The notes under the pieces: model-generated
What the model was told of the DNA's origin: nothing
Database searches by the model: none
The model's input: the letters and a program-made list of their open reading frames with translations, nothing else
DNA from: a virus
Length of the DNA: 64,000 nt
Virus record (IMG/VR): IMGVR_UViG_3300030107_002093
Coordinates: 1 to 64,000 of that record
Reading direction: 5' to 3' (one strand)
Shown here: one piece after another, positions 34,843 to 45,281 of the stretch
How the letters are laid out: each line of letters begins with the position of its first letter
Position numbering within the stretch: the first letter of the stretch is position 1
Position numbers and translations under genes: made by a program

Positions 34843-37812
34843 ATGGTCAATGCTTACATCGAGAACTCCTACAAACTGGTTTTCCCCCTGTTCTGCGAAG
34901 GTTATCTGAATCTGGATTATGACCCAGCAGTAGTCACACTAGAAGCCGATGCATTAGCGGCTTCTGGGGAAATACAACACCCTGTTACCGTAGAGTCTAC
35001 TGGTGTTCTAGTTAACGGGGCTATCAATGACAACTCAACCACGAACATAGCAGTAGATACCGTAGATGCCACTACTAAGTTTGAGGTTGGAGACAATGTG
35101 TATGATGCAGACAATGCTCTGGTTGGTGTTGTTAGTGCCGTCACTGCTACACAGATAACACTGGCCGCTAACAACGATGAGGCATTAGCCAACAATGAGA
35201 ACCTAAAGAAGAATATAACCACTACAACCGAACTTAGGGAAAGGGGAATATGGGCGCATGATAGCAACTTCGTAATAGAGGCCATAATTACCCCATATGA
35301 CGTAAATGGAGCGGGTTCTAGGGCTTCTGGTAAGCATGGGGTGCTTGACTCACAAAAGACCCCTCCATACCCTACAGATGACTTGGGTAGTCGGACTTCA
35401 TATGAGAGCGTAGATTACCTCGGAACTTCTGCTTATCTCACGCAGAAGATGATGTTATTCCACAATACGAACCTGAAACTATACTTGAAGAACACCACAT
35501 CAAGTTCATACAACCAACCAGCAGAATACAAGGTCGTTGCTGAACTGACCAAGGGTGGAACCACTAAGACCATACAAAGCGATACGGTAATCAAGGCAGT
35601 AGATTCTCTACAAGGATACTATGATGCTACTGGCTACTACGATGATATGACAACAGGCTATCAATTAGTATCCGCTAGTGCCACTGGTAGCAATCCACAG
35701 GGAACCATAACCGTATCAGACTACGATGACTTGGAAGTGAACGCGAAGGCTACTGGTCAAGTTGCTATAAACGCAAATGACATAGCGAACTATGTCTCAC
35801 CCGTAGCCGCTACTGGTTCATACACCATTGCCAATGCGAATAGCATACCTTGTAACACTCCTCCTGTATATGCCACGGCTAAAATCAAAGTGATGTATGT
35901 TCAACAAGCCAGCACGAATCCGGGTGCGGATGATTGGATAGGGGTCATTAACTCAAGTGGCACAACATACAAATTCTTCCAGTTCAATTCCGGTGGGCAA
36001 GTGAGCAATGGCTCTGCATTAGACAATGGGACTTACGGCCCATTAGCATTCGGCTTCGTAGATGGTGGAGGGCTTGGAATGCCAACCACCACTGATGTCG
36101 CGGTAAATCTAGCCGCCGCGATTAATGCAGTGGCAGGTAACGGTGAGTATTCCTTGGATTGCTCTGCGACTAGTTCTGGTTCGGCAGTCAGTCTGACTTC
36201 AACTGCTTCTACACCAGTCAACCATAACAATGACACAAACACTAGAGGAAGTAATATGACTAACTCACATTACATTCCCTATGGTTGGGCTACTAACAAC
36301 AACGGAGATGGGGATTTAGTCACTGGTGTCAATGAAGTGGAGGACATTGAGTTCATCACGATAACATCCACAGATGACACAATCAAGAAATACAAGGCAT
36401 CTACGGATTCCGCAGTCACAACTGGACAACTCATCACTGACTCTGCAAGTAATCAATGCGTCATGTATAAGATAGGTGCTAATGCTACTCAAACTGCCAC
36501 TTCTTTTAGGAATGCAATATTACACGCTAATGGTCATAATGGTAAGATAACAGTATCTACTAGCGGGGCTACACGGACATTGACACAAGCAACTGTTGGT
36601 GCTGGTGGGAACAATACGATAACTAGGACGACAGGCATAACGAATACACATGTCACTATCGCTGGATTCACTGGTGGTGTAACTGAGGCTAATGCCACAG
36701 ACACACCATACATACAGATTATCGATAGTGCTGGAACACCCGTGACGAAGAAGTATGTTCCAGTAGCGGTGGGAGATGCTCTTGCGACAGGTGCTACTCA
36801 GACCATAGGGGATGTGTCAGGAGCAGTGGCCTTCCGAGAAGGAGCCAATGCCAATGCCACTGGTGCTAATTTGGCAACCGCGATAAATCACTCCAATGGT
36901 CACAATGGTAGCATAGTCGCTAGTAACTCATCAGGAACAGTCTCCTTGACACAGGGAACCGTAGGAACTGGTGGTAACACCGATATCACACTGAGTGATA
37001 CAACCAATGTGACCAAATCAGATTTTACGGGTGGAGCAACGCCTGACAATTTCATAAGCCTCACAGACGCGGCTGGGACTCTAAAGAAATACAAGGCTTC
37101 TACAATAGAAGTTACTGGAACAACTGATGGGACATACACCTTCTTCAGAGCAGAGACTAACAATGACACCACTGCCACTAATCTAGAGACTGCCATCGAT
37201 GGGGCTAATGGACACAATGGAACAATCATCACAACTAGAGCGAGTAACGTAGTGACTGCCAAGTTGAATCAAGCGGCAATGGGAAGTGCCGCCATGTCAG
37301 ATAACATCACCGACTTGACTGCAACAAATTTCTCTGCTGGCACTAGCAATGAAATAGCCGTAGGCTCAGGAGAGGCAGAAGAATTAGGAGCAGGTAGCAA
37401 GATATACGACTCTTCGGCTAACCTACTAGGAACAGTATCAAGCGTAGCAGGTGATACCATTACTCTAGCAACTGCACCTAGTAGCACTGTAGGGTCAACG
37501 ATATACACCAATCAACTGAGAGAGGCATTGTATCTAGAGCAGGTATACAAAGTGTCCTTGGTATACAACAATAACACCCTTGAATTGTATCTCAATGATG
37601 AGTTAATCAAGAAAGACAGTCACACTATCACATCATTCAAACTTGACCCTAGCGATTGTAAGATAGGCAGAGGAGCGAATAACGCAGAGCAGTTCTTCGG
37701 TGAACTATATGAGATTGCGATGCATAAGGGAAAAAGGCCAAGTGCCACACAAAAGACTCTAACTCCGGGTTATTCGGATATCATGTTTTACTACACTTTT
37801 GGGGATACTTGA
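34843..37812 (+). CDS. tail/baseplate protein: LamG-like domain interrupted by repeated modules
   Basis: FVIEAIITP near N-terminus; VSLVYNNNTLELYLND...FFGELYEIAMH at C-terminus; 3-4 KKY...NGHNG repeats. Confidence 0.65.
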   Translation: MVNAYIENSYKLVFPLFCEGYLNLDYDPAVVTLEADALAASGEIQHPVTVESTGVLVNGAINDNSTTNIAVDTVDATTKFEVGDNVYDADNALVGVVSAVTATQITLAANNDEALANNENLKKNITTTTELRERGIWAHDSNFVIEAIITPYDVNGAGSRASGKHGVLDSQKTPPYPTDDLGSRTSYESVDYLGTSAYLTQKMMLFHNTNLKLYLKNTTSSSYNQPAEYKVVAELTKGGTTKTIQSDTVIKAVDSLQGYYDATGYYDDMTTGYQLVSASATGSNPQGTITVSDYDDLEVNAKATGQVAINANDIANYVSPVAATGSYTIANANSIPCNTPPVYATAKIKVMYVQQASTNPGADDWIGVINSSGTTYKFFQFNSGGQVSNGSALDNGTYGPLAFGFVDGGGLGMPTTTDVAVNLAAAINAVAGNGEYSLDCSATSSGSAVSLTSTASTPVNHNNDTNTRGSNMTNSHYIPYGWATNNNGDGDLVTGVNEVEDIEFITITSTDDTIKKYKASTDSAVTTGQLITDSASNQCVMYKIGANATQTATSFRNAILHANGHNGKITVSTSGATRTLTQATVGAGGNNTITRTTGITNTHVTIAGFTGGVTEANATDTPYIQIIDSAGTPVTKKYVPVAVGDALATGATQTIGDVSGAVAFREGANANATGANLATAINHSNGHNGSIVASNSSGTVSLTQGTVGTGGNTDITLSDTTNVTKSDFTGGATPDNFISLTDAAGTLKKYKASTIEVTGTTDGTYTFFRAETNNDTTATNLETAIDGANGHNGTIITTRASNVVTAKLNQAAMGSAAMSDNITDLTATNFSAGTSNEIAVGSGEAEELGAGSKIYDSSANLLGTVSSVAGDTITLATAPSSTVGSTIYTNQLREALYLEQVYKVSLVYNNNTLELYLNDELIKKDSHTITSFKLDPSDCKIGRGANNAEQFFGELYEIAMHKGKRPSATQKTLTPGYSDIMFYYTFGDT

Positions 37813-40800
37813 ATGGGAACGAGTGCATACGGTAAGGCAGTGTTCCCGTTGAATGCGGGAAAGAGGGATACGCATATTCTAGAAGCAACGGCTCAAAACC
37901 AAGCAGACTATGACTATGGTAGTCACTTTGCTAGAACCACCGAAGCATATCTGTCTGTCTCTGTCAATCCTACCATTGTCCAGAACAACCTACAATACGA
38001 AAACTCAGTCAGTGGAAGTTCTCTAGTTAATTCCGCTAACTTCATGGAGATAAGGAAAAACCCACATGGTGGTTCAATAAGCAATGATTATGCTGATAAG
38101 ATTGGGAATAGGGTATATCCCGGCAATAACACCCTGACTTCATATGCAACCAACCGAGATGAGACACATTCATTCAAGGTCAAGGTATATGATTCTCAAG
38201 TTGCTAATTCAGAGACAAACAGGAAGTTCGTTTACTCTACCTCTGATTACCCAGCCACAGAGGAAGTAGGCTTGGATATAGAGAACTATGACTATTTCAT
38301 TCTCTTGAATCCCGACACATATCAGATGGGAACTGATACACTGCGACCACATTTCGCCAAAGTAACTAGGATAATATCATTCGATGAGATGGGGGATGGC
38401 CTTGAGTTCTCCCCAGCATATCCGACAGAGGTGTCCATAAACACGAAGTTTGAGATTTACAAGGGGCCAGCCAAGACTACTACGGATATAGTCGCAGTCA
38501 GTTATGGGTTGAGAGGAGATACGTCAACCTCCACATCAAAGCATGATAGGGTAGCACATTGCAGTCGCCCTACTTGGTATTTCTACAACGATAGGTTGGA
38601 TGAGAAAGACCAATTGGATTACATGACCAAATACAATCTCACTCATCTAAGGTGGTGGAACTATCCTACTACCCTTGAAGTGACAGCAGTAGATACCCAT
38701 GCCCAATATGAAGCGGGTAGTGGTTCTAAGGAATTCACTCTACACGATGCCGATGATGACTTGAAACTCTCTCTAGGTATGTCTGTGTTTAATGCTAGTA
38801 ATGTGTTGTTAGGCAACATCACCGTTGTCACACCTTTGACAAACAAGTTCAGACTAGACTATGCCAGAATAGCAATAACTGGCACTTCTACCAATTTTGA
38901 CATCAAAATAGGGAAGACCGCTCACAATGTGGCATTCCGAACTGAAGGCAAATTCGGCAATACGATACATAGTCTAGGCAAGGAGAGAATGAATGCTACT
39001 CTCGTAGATGCTAACAGAACCTCTGATGATAGCAATTCCAGCAACTTCCACAAATGGGAGAATGCCTTCCCCAAGATGCATAGGCACACAGCCAACTCTG
39101 ACTCGGTAACAGCAACTACCCTTGATGGGAACATGACTGGGCCGGGGAAATACATTACATTTGAAAAAGCGAATTTCAAAAATAACAAAATTCCTCTCAT
39201 AACTGACGCAATACTAAACCAACCGAGAAATAAGATGAGCCAATTAGCCCAATTCAACATATTGGATAATAGCGGTATACAACATTTGAGAATCAAAGAA
39301 GAAGACACCTTGATTCTTGAAAGAAACATTCACAACGATGGTTTGAATCTGATTGCATTTGAAGGAAAAGCGGCTAGAGATTCCTCTAATACATCTATAA
39401 TAGTAATGAGTGACATTAGAAAACAAACGGATTTAAGGAATATACTAGGCAATAATGACATTATAGAGATTGATGGATATCATTATGCAGTTGCCTCTGT
39501 AGCGGCTCAATCAAGCGGAACGCAGAACATTACGATAAAGAACAAGAAACTCAAGACTGCTAATACTTGGAGTGGTAGTGCAGTAGCAGAGAACTTCTCT
39601 GGTAAGACATTGTTCCTACCTCCCTACACTGGCGTGATTAACACATCATTGGAACCAGACACGGAGTATAATTATGCAACTGGCAAACTTAGCATGTCAG
39701 AGGTCACTGTAGACAAGGAGAACACCAAACTGTATAATGCCAGATTAGTGAGTGGTGTTTACAATGGACATGATAACAAGATTGACTATGGTGATAAGGA
39801 TAACAAGTTCCTGAAGATTCAAGACTCTGATAGAGTGTTCTACCAAAGAAGCAATGAGAATGCCAGTAGGTTCTACTACTATCGCGGTGGATATGCCATA
39901 AGTGACTCAGCATTCAACGGGATTGTCGAGGATGTCTCTAGCAAGTCCGAACACGGATTGACCACTTACAGTGTAGTTGGCAGAGATGAAACCTCCAAAT
40001 TGCTTTCCCAGACAGTCAGTAAGAACACTACCTTCATGGAGGATATAATACACACTTCAATCCCTCCTATTCTGAACCCTACGGCAATAACTGATTCTGA
40101 GGGAAACAATGTAAGCAATCTCAGCATATCTGGAACTACTATTACATGGAATGATACTACCAACCTAAGCCCCACAAGATATGGTTTGGTTATGAACCAA
40201 GCCGGAGAGTTGATTGGGGAAGTCAAGCAATATGAGGAGAATTACAGTGGTGGCAATGATAGGATAACTCTCTATGATGCGGCCTATTCTACTCCTACCA
40301 CAACTACATCGTTGTTGTATTATCATCCATATACGTCTTCATGGGTCAATTATATCACAGGAACGAAAGCACTAGCAAGTAATGAGTTACACAATACTGG
40401 TATCAATGGGTTTACATCCATTAGCGAGAAGGGAATGGGATTCAATAGTGGTTTATCATTAGGAGGAACATTTGGCTCCAATTCTGCTACATTCACATAT
40501 GAGGAGATGAAAGCCACTTCAAACACTGGTAACTACAAGGAAGATAGAACATTGGGATATGACATTTCAAGTCCTAAATCTGTGTCTGTGAATGATTCCA
40601 TATTTGCGTTTACTGCTGGTAATGAGAACGGTGTTACTGTAGATAAGATAGACATTGCGACTATCAATAAAGAGTCATTGGATATCGTGAGTATCAACGA
40701 GAAGGATGAAGGAGCAACAACGTTATCCGTGTCTCCGATTTTCCCTGTAGTTCTAGGGAGACTAGATAGCAACAGTTCTGATAATAGAGGAAACTGCAAT

Positions 40801-43800
40801 ATCTATCTAGTAAACAATAACATAGACACTGGTGGATTTATCCATAGACTACAAAACACCTTTGGGTCTGGTTATTTCGGGCCTAAAGAAAGCATACGGT
40901 ATTGGGATTTGCAGAAGTTCGATGGTGGAACCATAACGAAGACACACGACAGTATCTACAGTAATGGGGTGAAACCCCAGAAGATACAAGGATATGGAGT
41001 AGGTTATGGTGTGCGCCCCAATGGGACTATATTCACACCAACTGCAACGAATGACAACAAGCCTCTGGCTGGAAGCAATACAGTAAATGGATGGACATAC
41101 GTTGCTAACTTCCTCGGAAATCAGACTGATTCGCCTTTGATTCAATCATATCCAACAATTCGTGACCAAGGAACTTATGATGGAATCAATAGCGGCTATG
41201 CTCCCAATGGATACGAGGAAGACATACAATACTCACAGTTTGAGCATATAGACCCACGGTCAGAGACATATGAATTGTTAGCCGTGGGAGACACATTTCC
41301 AGCATCCAAACTGCGACATAACAATCTAGGCTATCATACCAAGAACTATGATGACTTTTCAATAGTCCTTGAATCCGAATCCTCTGTTATTGGAAACACC
41401 TCTCATCAAAAATACACTGGGCAAACCAAACAGACTCTTCAATCCAGTAACATGTTTGAGGAATCTTCTATCTCTAGTGCCACCCAAACCACGAATCAAG
41501 CGAGAAGGTTCGGTGTGATGAGACTAGTGGAAGCAACATTCGATTGGCATTTCAATCCAGTGGATTACGAATCGCTACCAAAGGCAGAGGACATCCCTAC
41601 AGTCAGGGCTTTTGACTATGTTCAGGCAGACATGCCCCCTACTGTCGAGACTTCCACAAATGAAATAGTGATTGATAGCGAAGGAGTTCATACTAGCAAC
41701 ACTGTAGCAGAAACCACAGGGGATGTGTTCTACAAGAAAGCCAACATAGGACAATACCCCGCCAGTGCGGTTACTAATTTTGGGCTTGCTAGTGGGATAA
41801 ACGGCTTTGTGATGTCTTACCGTCCTAGTGGGTTTGGAACGAGATATGCCCCAAATCTAATCTTCGACTCAACGGGACATGGCACTCTAACAGGACTATT
41901 GCGACATGAAGGAGGAAATCACTACTATGGAGTTCAACCATTCAGAGTGTTTTCCACTACTGACTTCAACATTGACAACTTATCTGCAAGCGAGGGTAGT
42001 ATTGATTTGAAAGCAGATAGGGCAAATGGTAGAAACAACGTTAGATTCAGCCATGTGTGGATTTGCTCTCCAACCGTAGTAAGCACCAATTTCAAGTGGA
42101 CTAAACAATTGGCTGACTCTAGTAATGTAAACCACACATTCCAAGGCCATGATATTATTCTACCGTTAATATCAGAGGAATACAGGGGAACGTGGGCAGG
42201 TGGAGGTAGTAGTAACTTCACTAGAGAACCTGATAGAAAGGACAGGAATGTATCTGCTCACCATTATTTCGCATCATCACACAGGCATATTTCTAGAGTG
42301 ATGGCGGGGTTGTATCATAGAGAACTGAGCAATACTTCCTCAACTAAGACCTTCAGATACAGTGTTGGTCAAACTGCTGATAATAGCGCATCATTAGCGC
42401 ACATATACGATGGGTGCATTGGGCTATTCAGAGGATTCAAACAAGGCGCAGACGTTCATGCTGATGGTTTTGGTGCTGATATAATAGGGAACGATGACAT
42501 CGTTCTTAGTTCACGACTAGCCCTATCCAATGATGCCTCATATTCAGACTTCGTTACTAGTAATACTAATGATTTTGAGCAGGTTTCTAGAAACTTGATG
42601 GTTCAGGAATATGAAGATGTCAACTCCACAGTAGCCACTGCCTACTCTGATGGGGATACTAGTCTAGTTCTTGATGACGCTAGTGGTTTTGCTAGTGCTG
42701 GTAGTGGATTCATCAACGGTGTGGCGTTCACTTGGACAAATAAATCAAGTAACACTCTGACTGTCCCTGACCTGAATGATGATTACGCCGTGGGAGTTCT
42801 AGTAGAAGCAACCCAGATTAGCCTCGCTATGGTAGGAACCAAAGCAACTGATGGCATATTAGCAAACAACCCTTCTCTCCGCACAAGTGACCGAACACGC
42901 GCCGCAAGAAGATACGCATCCTCAAGCACGTTTAATTCTACAACCATAAGAGATACGGGCTTAATAGGTGACCGAACTAAAGGCGGGGTCTTCTCTGCAC
43001 AAATGCTAGTAAAACCAACATTCAACATCACACATGGGAGCAATGGAGTTGATGTATCATCAACTACTATGGAATTCACTCTTAATTCAGACACCGAACA
43101 CGCATGGCTTAGTTACATGCCTGATTTGACAGGATATTACCTAGTCACGGAAGCGGCTAACTACAACTTATCCACTGGTTCTGGAACTGCAACTGCCACT
43201 CTGAGAAACACTACTGCTGATATTATACCTGCCACGATTGCGAAGATAACGAGTCATACCATAACCACCCCTCCTACAACTAGCAATACAGAAGCACATA
43301 CAATAGTAGTCGATACGGCTATATCTGGGAGATGTAGGCTTATGCGGCCCTCAGAGGTAGCCTTCGATAATGTAGAGGGAGAAATCAAACTCAACACTCT
43401 CCTAACTGACGGCAAGGGAAGAGATTGGAGAACCGGAGGTGCAAGGAGTTCTGTTGACGCAACATACTCAGAAAGCGCGTATCACATGTATCTGCTCTTA
43501 GACATTGATAACATCCACACCACGATAGAAAGAAGAACCCCAGCAAACGCATTATCACTCTTTACTGATTTGTCTGATGGGGATGTTCTTGACATGAACG
43601 TATCAGACGGACAAAACAGACAACGTAGAAAAATAGTCTTCAAGAAAACAATAGACGTTGCTGATGGTAATAGTCAATCCGGGTTGACCCTAAAGGTTGA
43701 TGGTGCGTTAAACGCTAATGGTGTTGCATCCTTTGGGGAAGTATTTGATATCACACTAGGAAGGAAGCCTAAGTTGAAGGAAATCAGGAAATGTCACATA

Positions 43801-44952
43801 GGAACCACATACTCCATTGGTTCTCAATTGGAAAAGGAAGTGGAGAATATAGTGAAACTCGCTGGTCTTGAATACAATGCGGCAAGGAGTTTCTCCAAAC
43901 CAACTGGTAATATCATTAGCAGTGGAACCACTTCTGCTACTACAATAACTTGCACTGAGAACGTCACAGGCATTAGTAATGGTGATGTCATATATTCTTA
44001 TGATGGACATTTAATTGGGGAGGTAAGCAACGTGACAAACGCTGTGATAACACTAACGAAAAAATACTATGCTCCGGCGCAGAATGATGAAATAGTGACG
44101 ATAAACAATAAGACGTTTGTTACTAATTTGAAGTTCGATAATAGCAACATGTATAATGCACTCAATTCATTAATCGTAAAGCGTGGATTAGATTACCGAA
44201 TAAAGAACGGGGAATTCATAACAAGGAACATAGAAGATACTGATAGTCTGCGTAGTTATGCTTTGTCTTACAAGGAGTCTGGTCGTCTAATCAAAGTAGG
44301 GTCAAATAAATCCATGTTCGACAAGGCTAACAAGATAATCGTTATCGGAGATAAAGTCCAATATGAATTAGAAGAGCCTACTAAGAAGCAAGTAAGAGCA
44401 GTGAAGGTAGTTGACCCCACGATAAAGACTAGGACAGATGCAGAAACAAAGGCCGTAGAGTTAATGGAAATCTATAATGAAGGAACAAGAAAAATAGATA
44501 TCGAATTACAGAAACAAGGACTAGAGTTACTTGAAGCCGGAGATATTCTTCGATTGAACTTCCCTAACCATAACATTCCAATAGATGACTATATCGTCTT
44601 TGAAATAGAAAACGTTCTTGCTGGAACCCTCAAATTGAAAGTAGGGACATTTGACAAGACAATCGCTGAGAGGCTTAGTGAATTATCCAGTAGACAATCA
44701 GATGATAGCACTGTGCTATTGGGTAGAGATGCGGTAGTGCTTTCTGCTGGAAAATTCCTGTTCGATGCAATTAAACTAAAGAACATCAGTTTCTCCTATA
44801 CAATAACGGGGTCATCCAATGCTCTATCATATAACTCAAACATGGGCTTCGATGACTTAGTTGGGTTCACGGAGGAAGTAGGATTTGAGCATAGCACAGT
44901 TACCAAGAAGAGTTTCCAAGATAAGTTCTATGAACAGGAGGAGTATTCATGA
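37813..44952 (+). CDS. giant tail tip/central fibre (baseplate hub-like) protein, 2379 aa
   Basis: YSVVGRD hub-like motif; C-terminal DPTIKTRTDAETKA...LLEAGDILRL typical of tail-tip proteins. Confidence 0.65.
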   Translation: MGTSAYGKAVFPLNAGKRDTHILEATAQNQADYDYGSHFARTTEAYLSVSVNPTIVQNNLQYENSVSGSSLVNSANFMEIRKNPHGGSISNDYADKIGNRVYPGNNTLTSYATNRDETHSFKVKVYDSQVANSETNRKFVYSTSDYPATEEVGLDIENYDYFILLNPDTYQMGTDTLRPHFAKVTRIISFDEMGDGLEFSPAYPTEVSINTKFEIYKGPAKTTTDIVAVSYGLRGDTSTSTSKHDRVAHCSRPTWYFYNDRLDEKDQLDYMTKYNLTHLRWWNYPTTLEVTAVDTHAQYEAGSGSKEFTLHDADDDLKLSLGMSVFNASNVLLGNITVVTPLTNKFRLDYARIAITGTSTNFDIKIGKTAHNVAFRTEGKFGNTIHSLGKERMNATLVDANRTSDDSNSSNFHKWENAFPKMHRHTANSDSVTATTLDGNMTGPGKYITFEKANFKNNKIPLITDAILNQPRNKMSQLAQFNILDNSGIQHLRIKEEDTLILERNIHNDGLNLIAFEGKAARDSSNTSIIVMSDIRKQTDLRNILGNNDIIEIDGYHYAVASVAAQSSGTQNITIKNKKLKTANTWSGSAVAENFSGKTLFLPPYTGVINTSLEPDTEYNYATGKLSMSEVTVDKENTKLYNARLVSGVYNGHDNKIDYGDKDNKFLKIQDSDRVFYQRSNENASRFYYYRGGYAISDSAFNGIVEDVSSKSEHGLTTYSVVGRDETSKLLSQTVSKNTTFMEDIIHTSIPPILNPTAITDSEGNNVSNLSISGTTITWNDTTNLSPTRYGLVMNQAGELIGEVKQYEENYSGGNDRITLYDAAYSTPTTTTSLLYYHPYTSSWVNYITGTKALASNELHNTGINGFTSISEKGMGFNSGLSLGGTFGSNSATFTYEEMKATSNTGNYKEDRTLGYDISSPKSVSVNDSIFAFTAGNENGVTVDKIDIATINKESLDIVSINEKDEGATTLSVSPIFPVVLGRLDSNSSDNRGNCNIYLVNNNIDTGGFIHRLQNTFGSGYFGPKESIRYWDLQKFDGGTITKTHDSIYSNGVKPQKIQGYGVGYGVRPNGTIFTPTATNDNKPLAGSNTVNGWTYVANFLGNQTDSPLIQSYPTIRDQGTYDGINSGYAPNGYEEDIQYSQFEHIDPRSETYELLAVGDTFPASKLRHNNLGYHTKNYDDFSIVLESESSVIGNTSHQKYTGQTKQTLQSSNMFEESSISSATQTTNQARRFGVMRLVEATFDWHFNPVDYESLPKAEDIPTVRAFDYVQADMPPTVETSTNEIVIDSEGVHTSNTVAETTGDVFYKKANIGQYPASAVTNFGLASGINGFVMSYRPSGFGTRYAPNLIFDSTGHGTLTGLLRHEGGNHYYGVQPFRVFSTTDFNIDNLSASEGSIDLKADRANGRNNVRFSHVWICSPTVVSTNFKWTKQLADSSNVNHTFQGHDIILPLISEEYRGTWAGGGSSNFTREPDRKDRNVSAHHYFASSHRHISRVMAGLYHRELSNTSSTKTFRYSVGQTADNSASLAHIYDGCIGLFRGFKQGADVHADGFGADIIGNDDIVLSSRLALSNDASYSDFVTSNTNDFEQVSRNLMVQEYEDVNSTVATAYSDGDTSLVLDDASGFASAGSGFINGVAFTWTNKSSNTLTVPDLNDDYAVGVLVEATQISLAMVGTKATDGILANNPSLRTSDRTRAARRYASSSTFNSTTIRDTGLIGDRTKGGVFSAQMLVKPTFNITHGSNGVDVSSTTMEFTLNSDTEHAWLSYMPDLTGYYLVTEAANYNLSTGSGTATATLRNTTADIIPATIAKITSHTITTPPTTSNTEAHTIVVDTAISGRCRLMRPSEVAFDNVEGEIKLNTLLTDGKGRDWRTGGARSSVDATYSESAYHMYLLLDIDNIHTTIERRTPANALSLFTDLSDGDVLDMNVSDGQNRQRRKIVFKKTIDVADGNSQSGLTLKVDGALNANGVASFGEVFDITLGRKPKLKEIRKCHIGTTYSIGSQLEKEVENIVKLAGLEYNAARSFSKPTGNIISSGTTSATTITCTENVTGISNGDVIYSYDGHLIGEVSNVTNAVITLTKKYYAPAQNDEIVTINNKTFVTNLKFDNSNMYNALNSLIVKRGLDYRIKNGEFITRNIEDTDSLRSYALSYKESGRLIKVGSNKSMFDKANKIIVIGDKVQYELEEPTKKQVRAVKVVDPTIKTRTDAETKAVELMEIYNEGTRKIDIELQKQGLELLEAGDILRLNFPNHNIPIDDYIVFEIENVLAGTLKLKVGTFDKTIAERLSELSSRQSDDSTVLLGRDAVVLSAGKFLFDAIKLKNISFSYTITGSSNALSYNSNMGFDDLVGFTEEVGFEHSTVTKKSFQDKFYEQEEYS

Positions 44953-45281
44953 TAGTAGATAGTGGAAAGGAAGCATTAGCATCAACAATGGCAAGCACGT
45001 TTACAAAGGTAAGAATAGGCAATGGCGGCGATGACACGGCATCTTCGCAGACTGCTTTGGATGCCTTCGTAGCAGAGAAGACAGTAACCCCTTCTAGAAT
45101 AGGGTCACAGTTGGTTTGGACTGCTTCTTTCACTGGTGCAGAGATTGGAACACAAGGAGTGTCAGAAATCGGAATATTCAATACCGCCGATACCCTATTG
45201 AGCCGAGTTACCTTCACGAATACTGGAGTAGTGCCATCGGCAGATACAGTGACATTCACAATTAGATTGGAGGTAGATTAA
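44949..45281 (+). CDS. small baseplate/fibre-attachment protein
   Basis: IVDSGK...IGNG...EIGIFN...LLSRVTF pattern seen in tail-fibre/collar N-terminal domains. Confidence 0.6.
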   Translation: MIVDSGKEALASTMASTFTKVRIGNGGDDTASSQTALDAFVAEKTVTPSRIGSQLVWTASFTGAEIGTQGVSEIGIFNTADTLLSRVTFTNTGVVPSADTVTFTIRLEVD

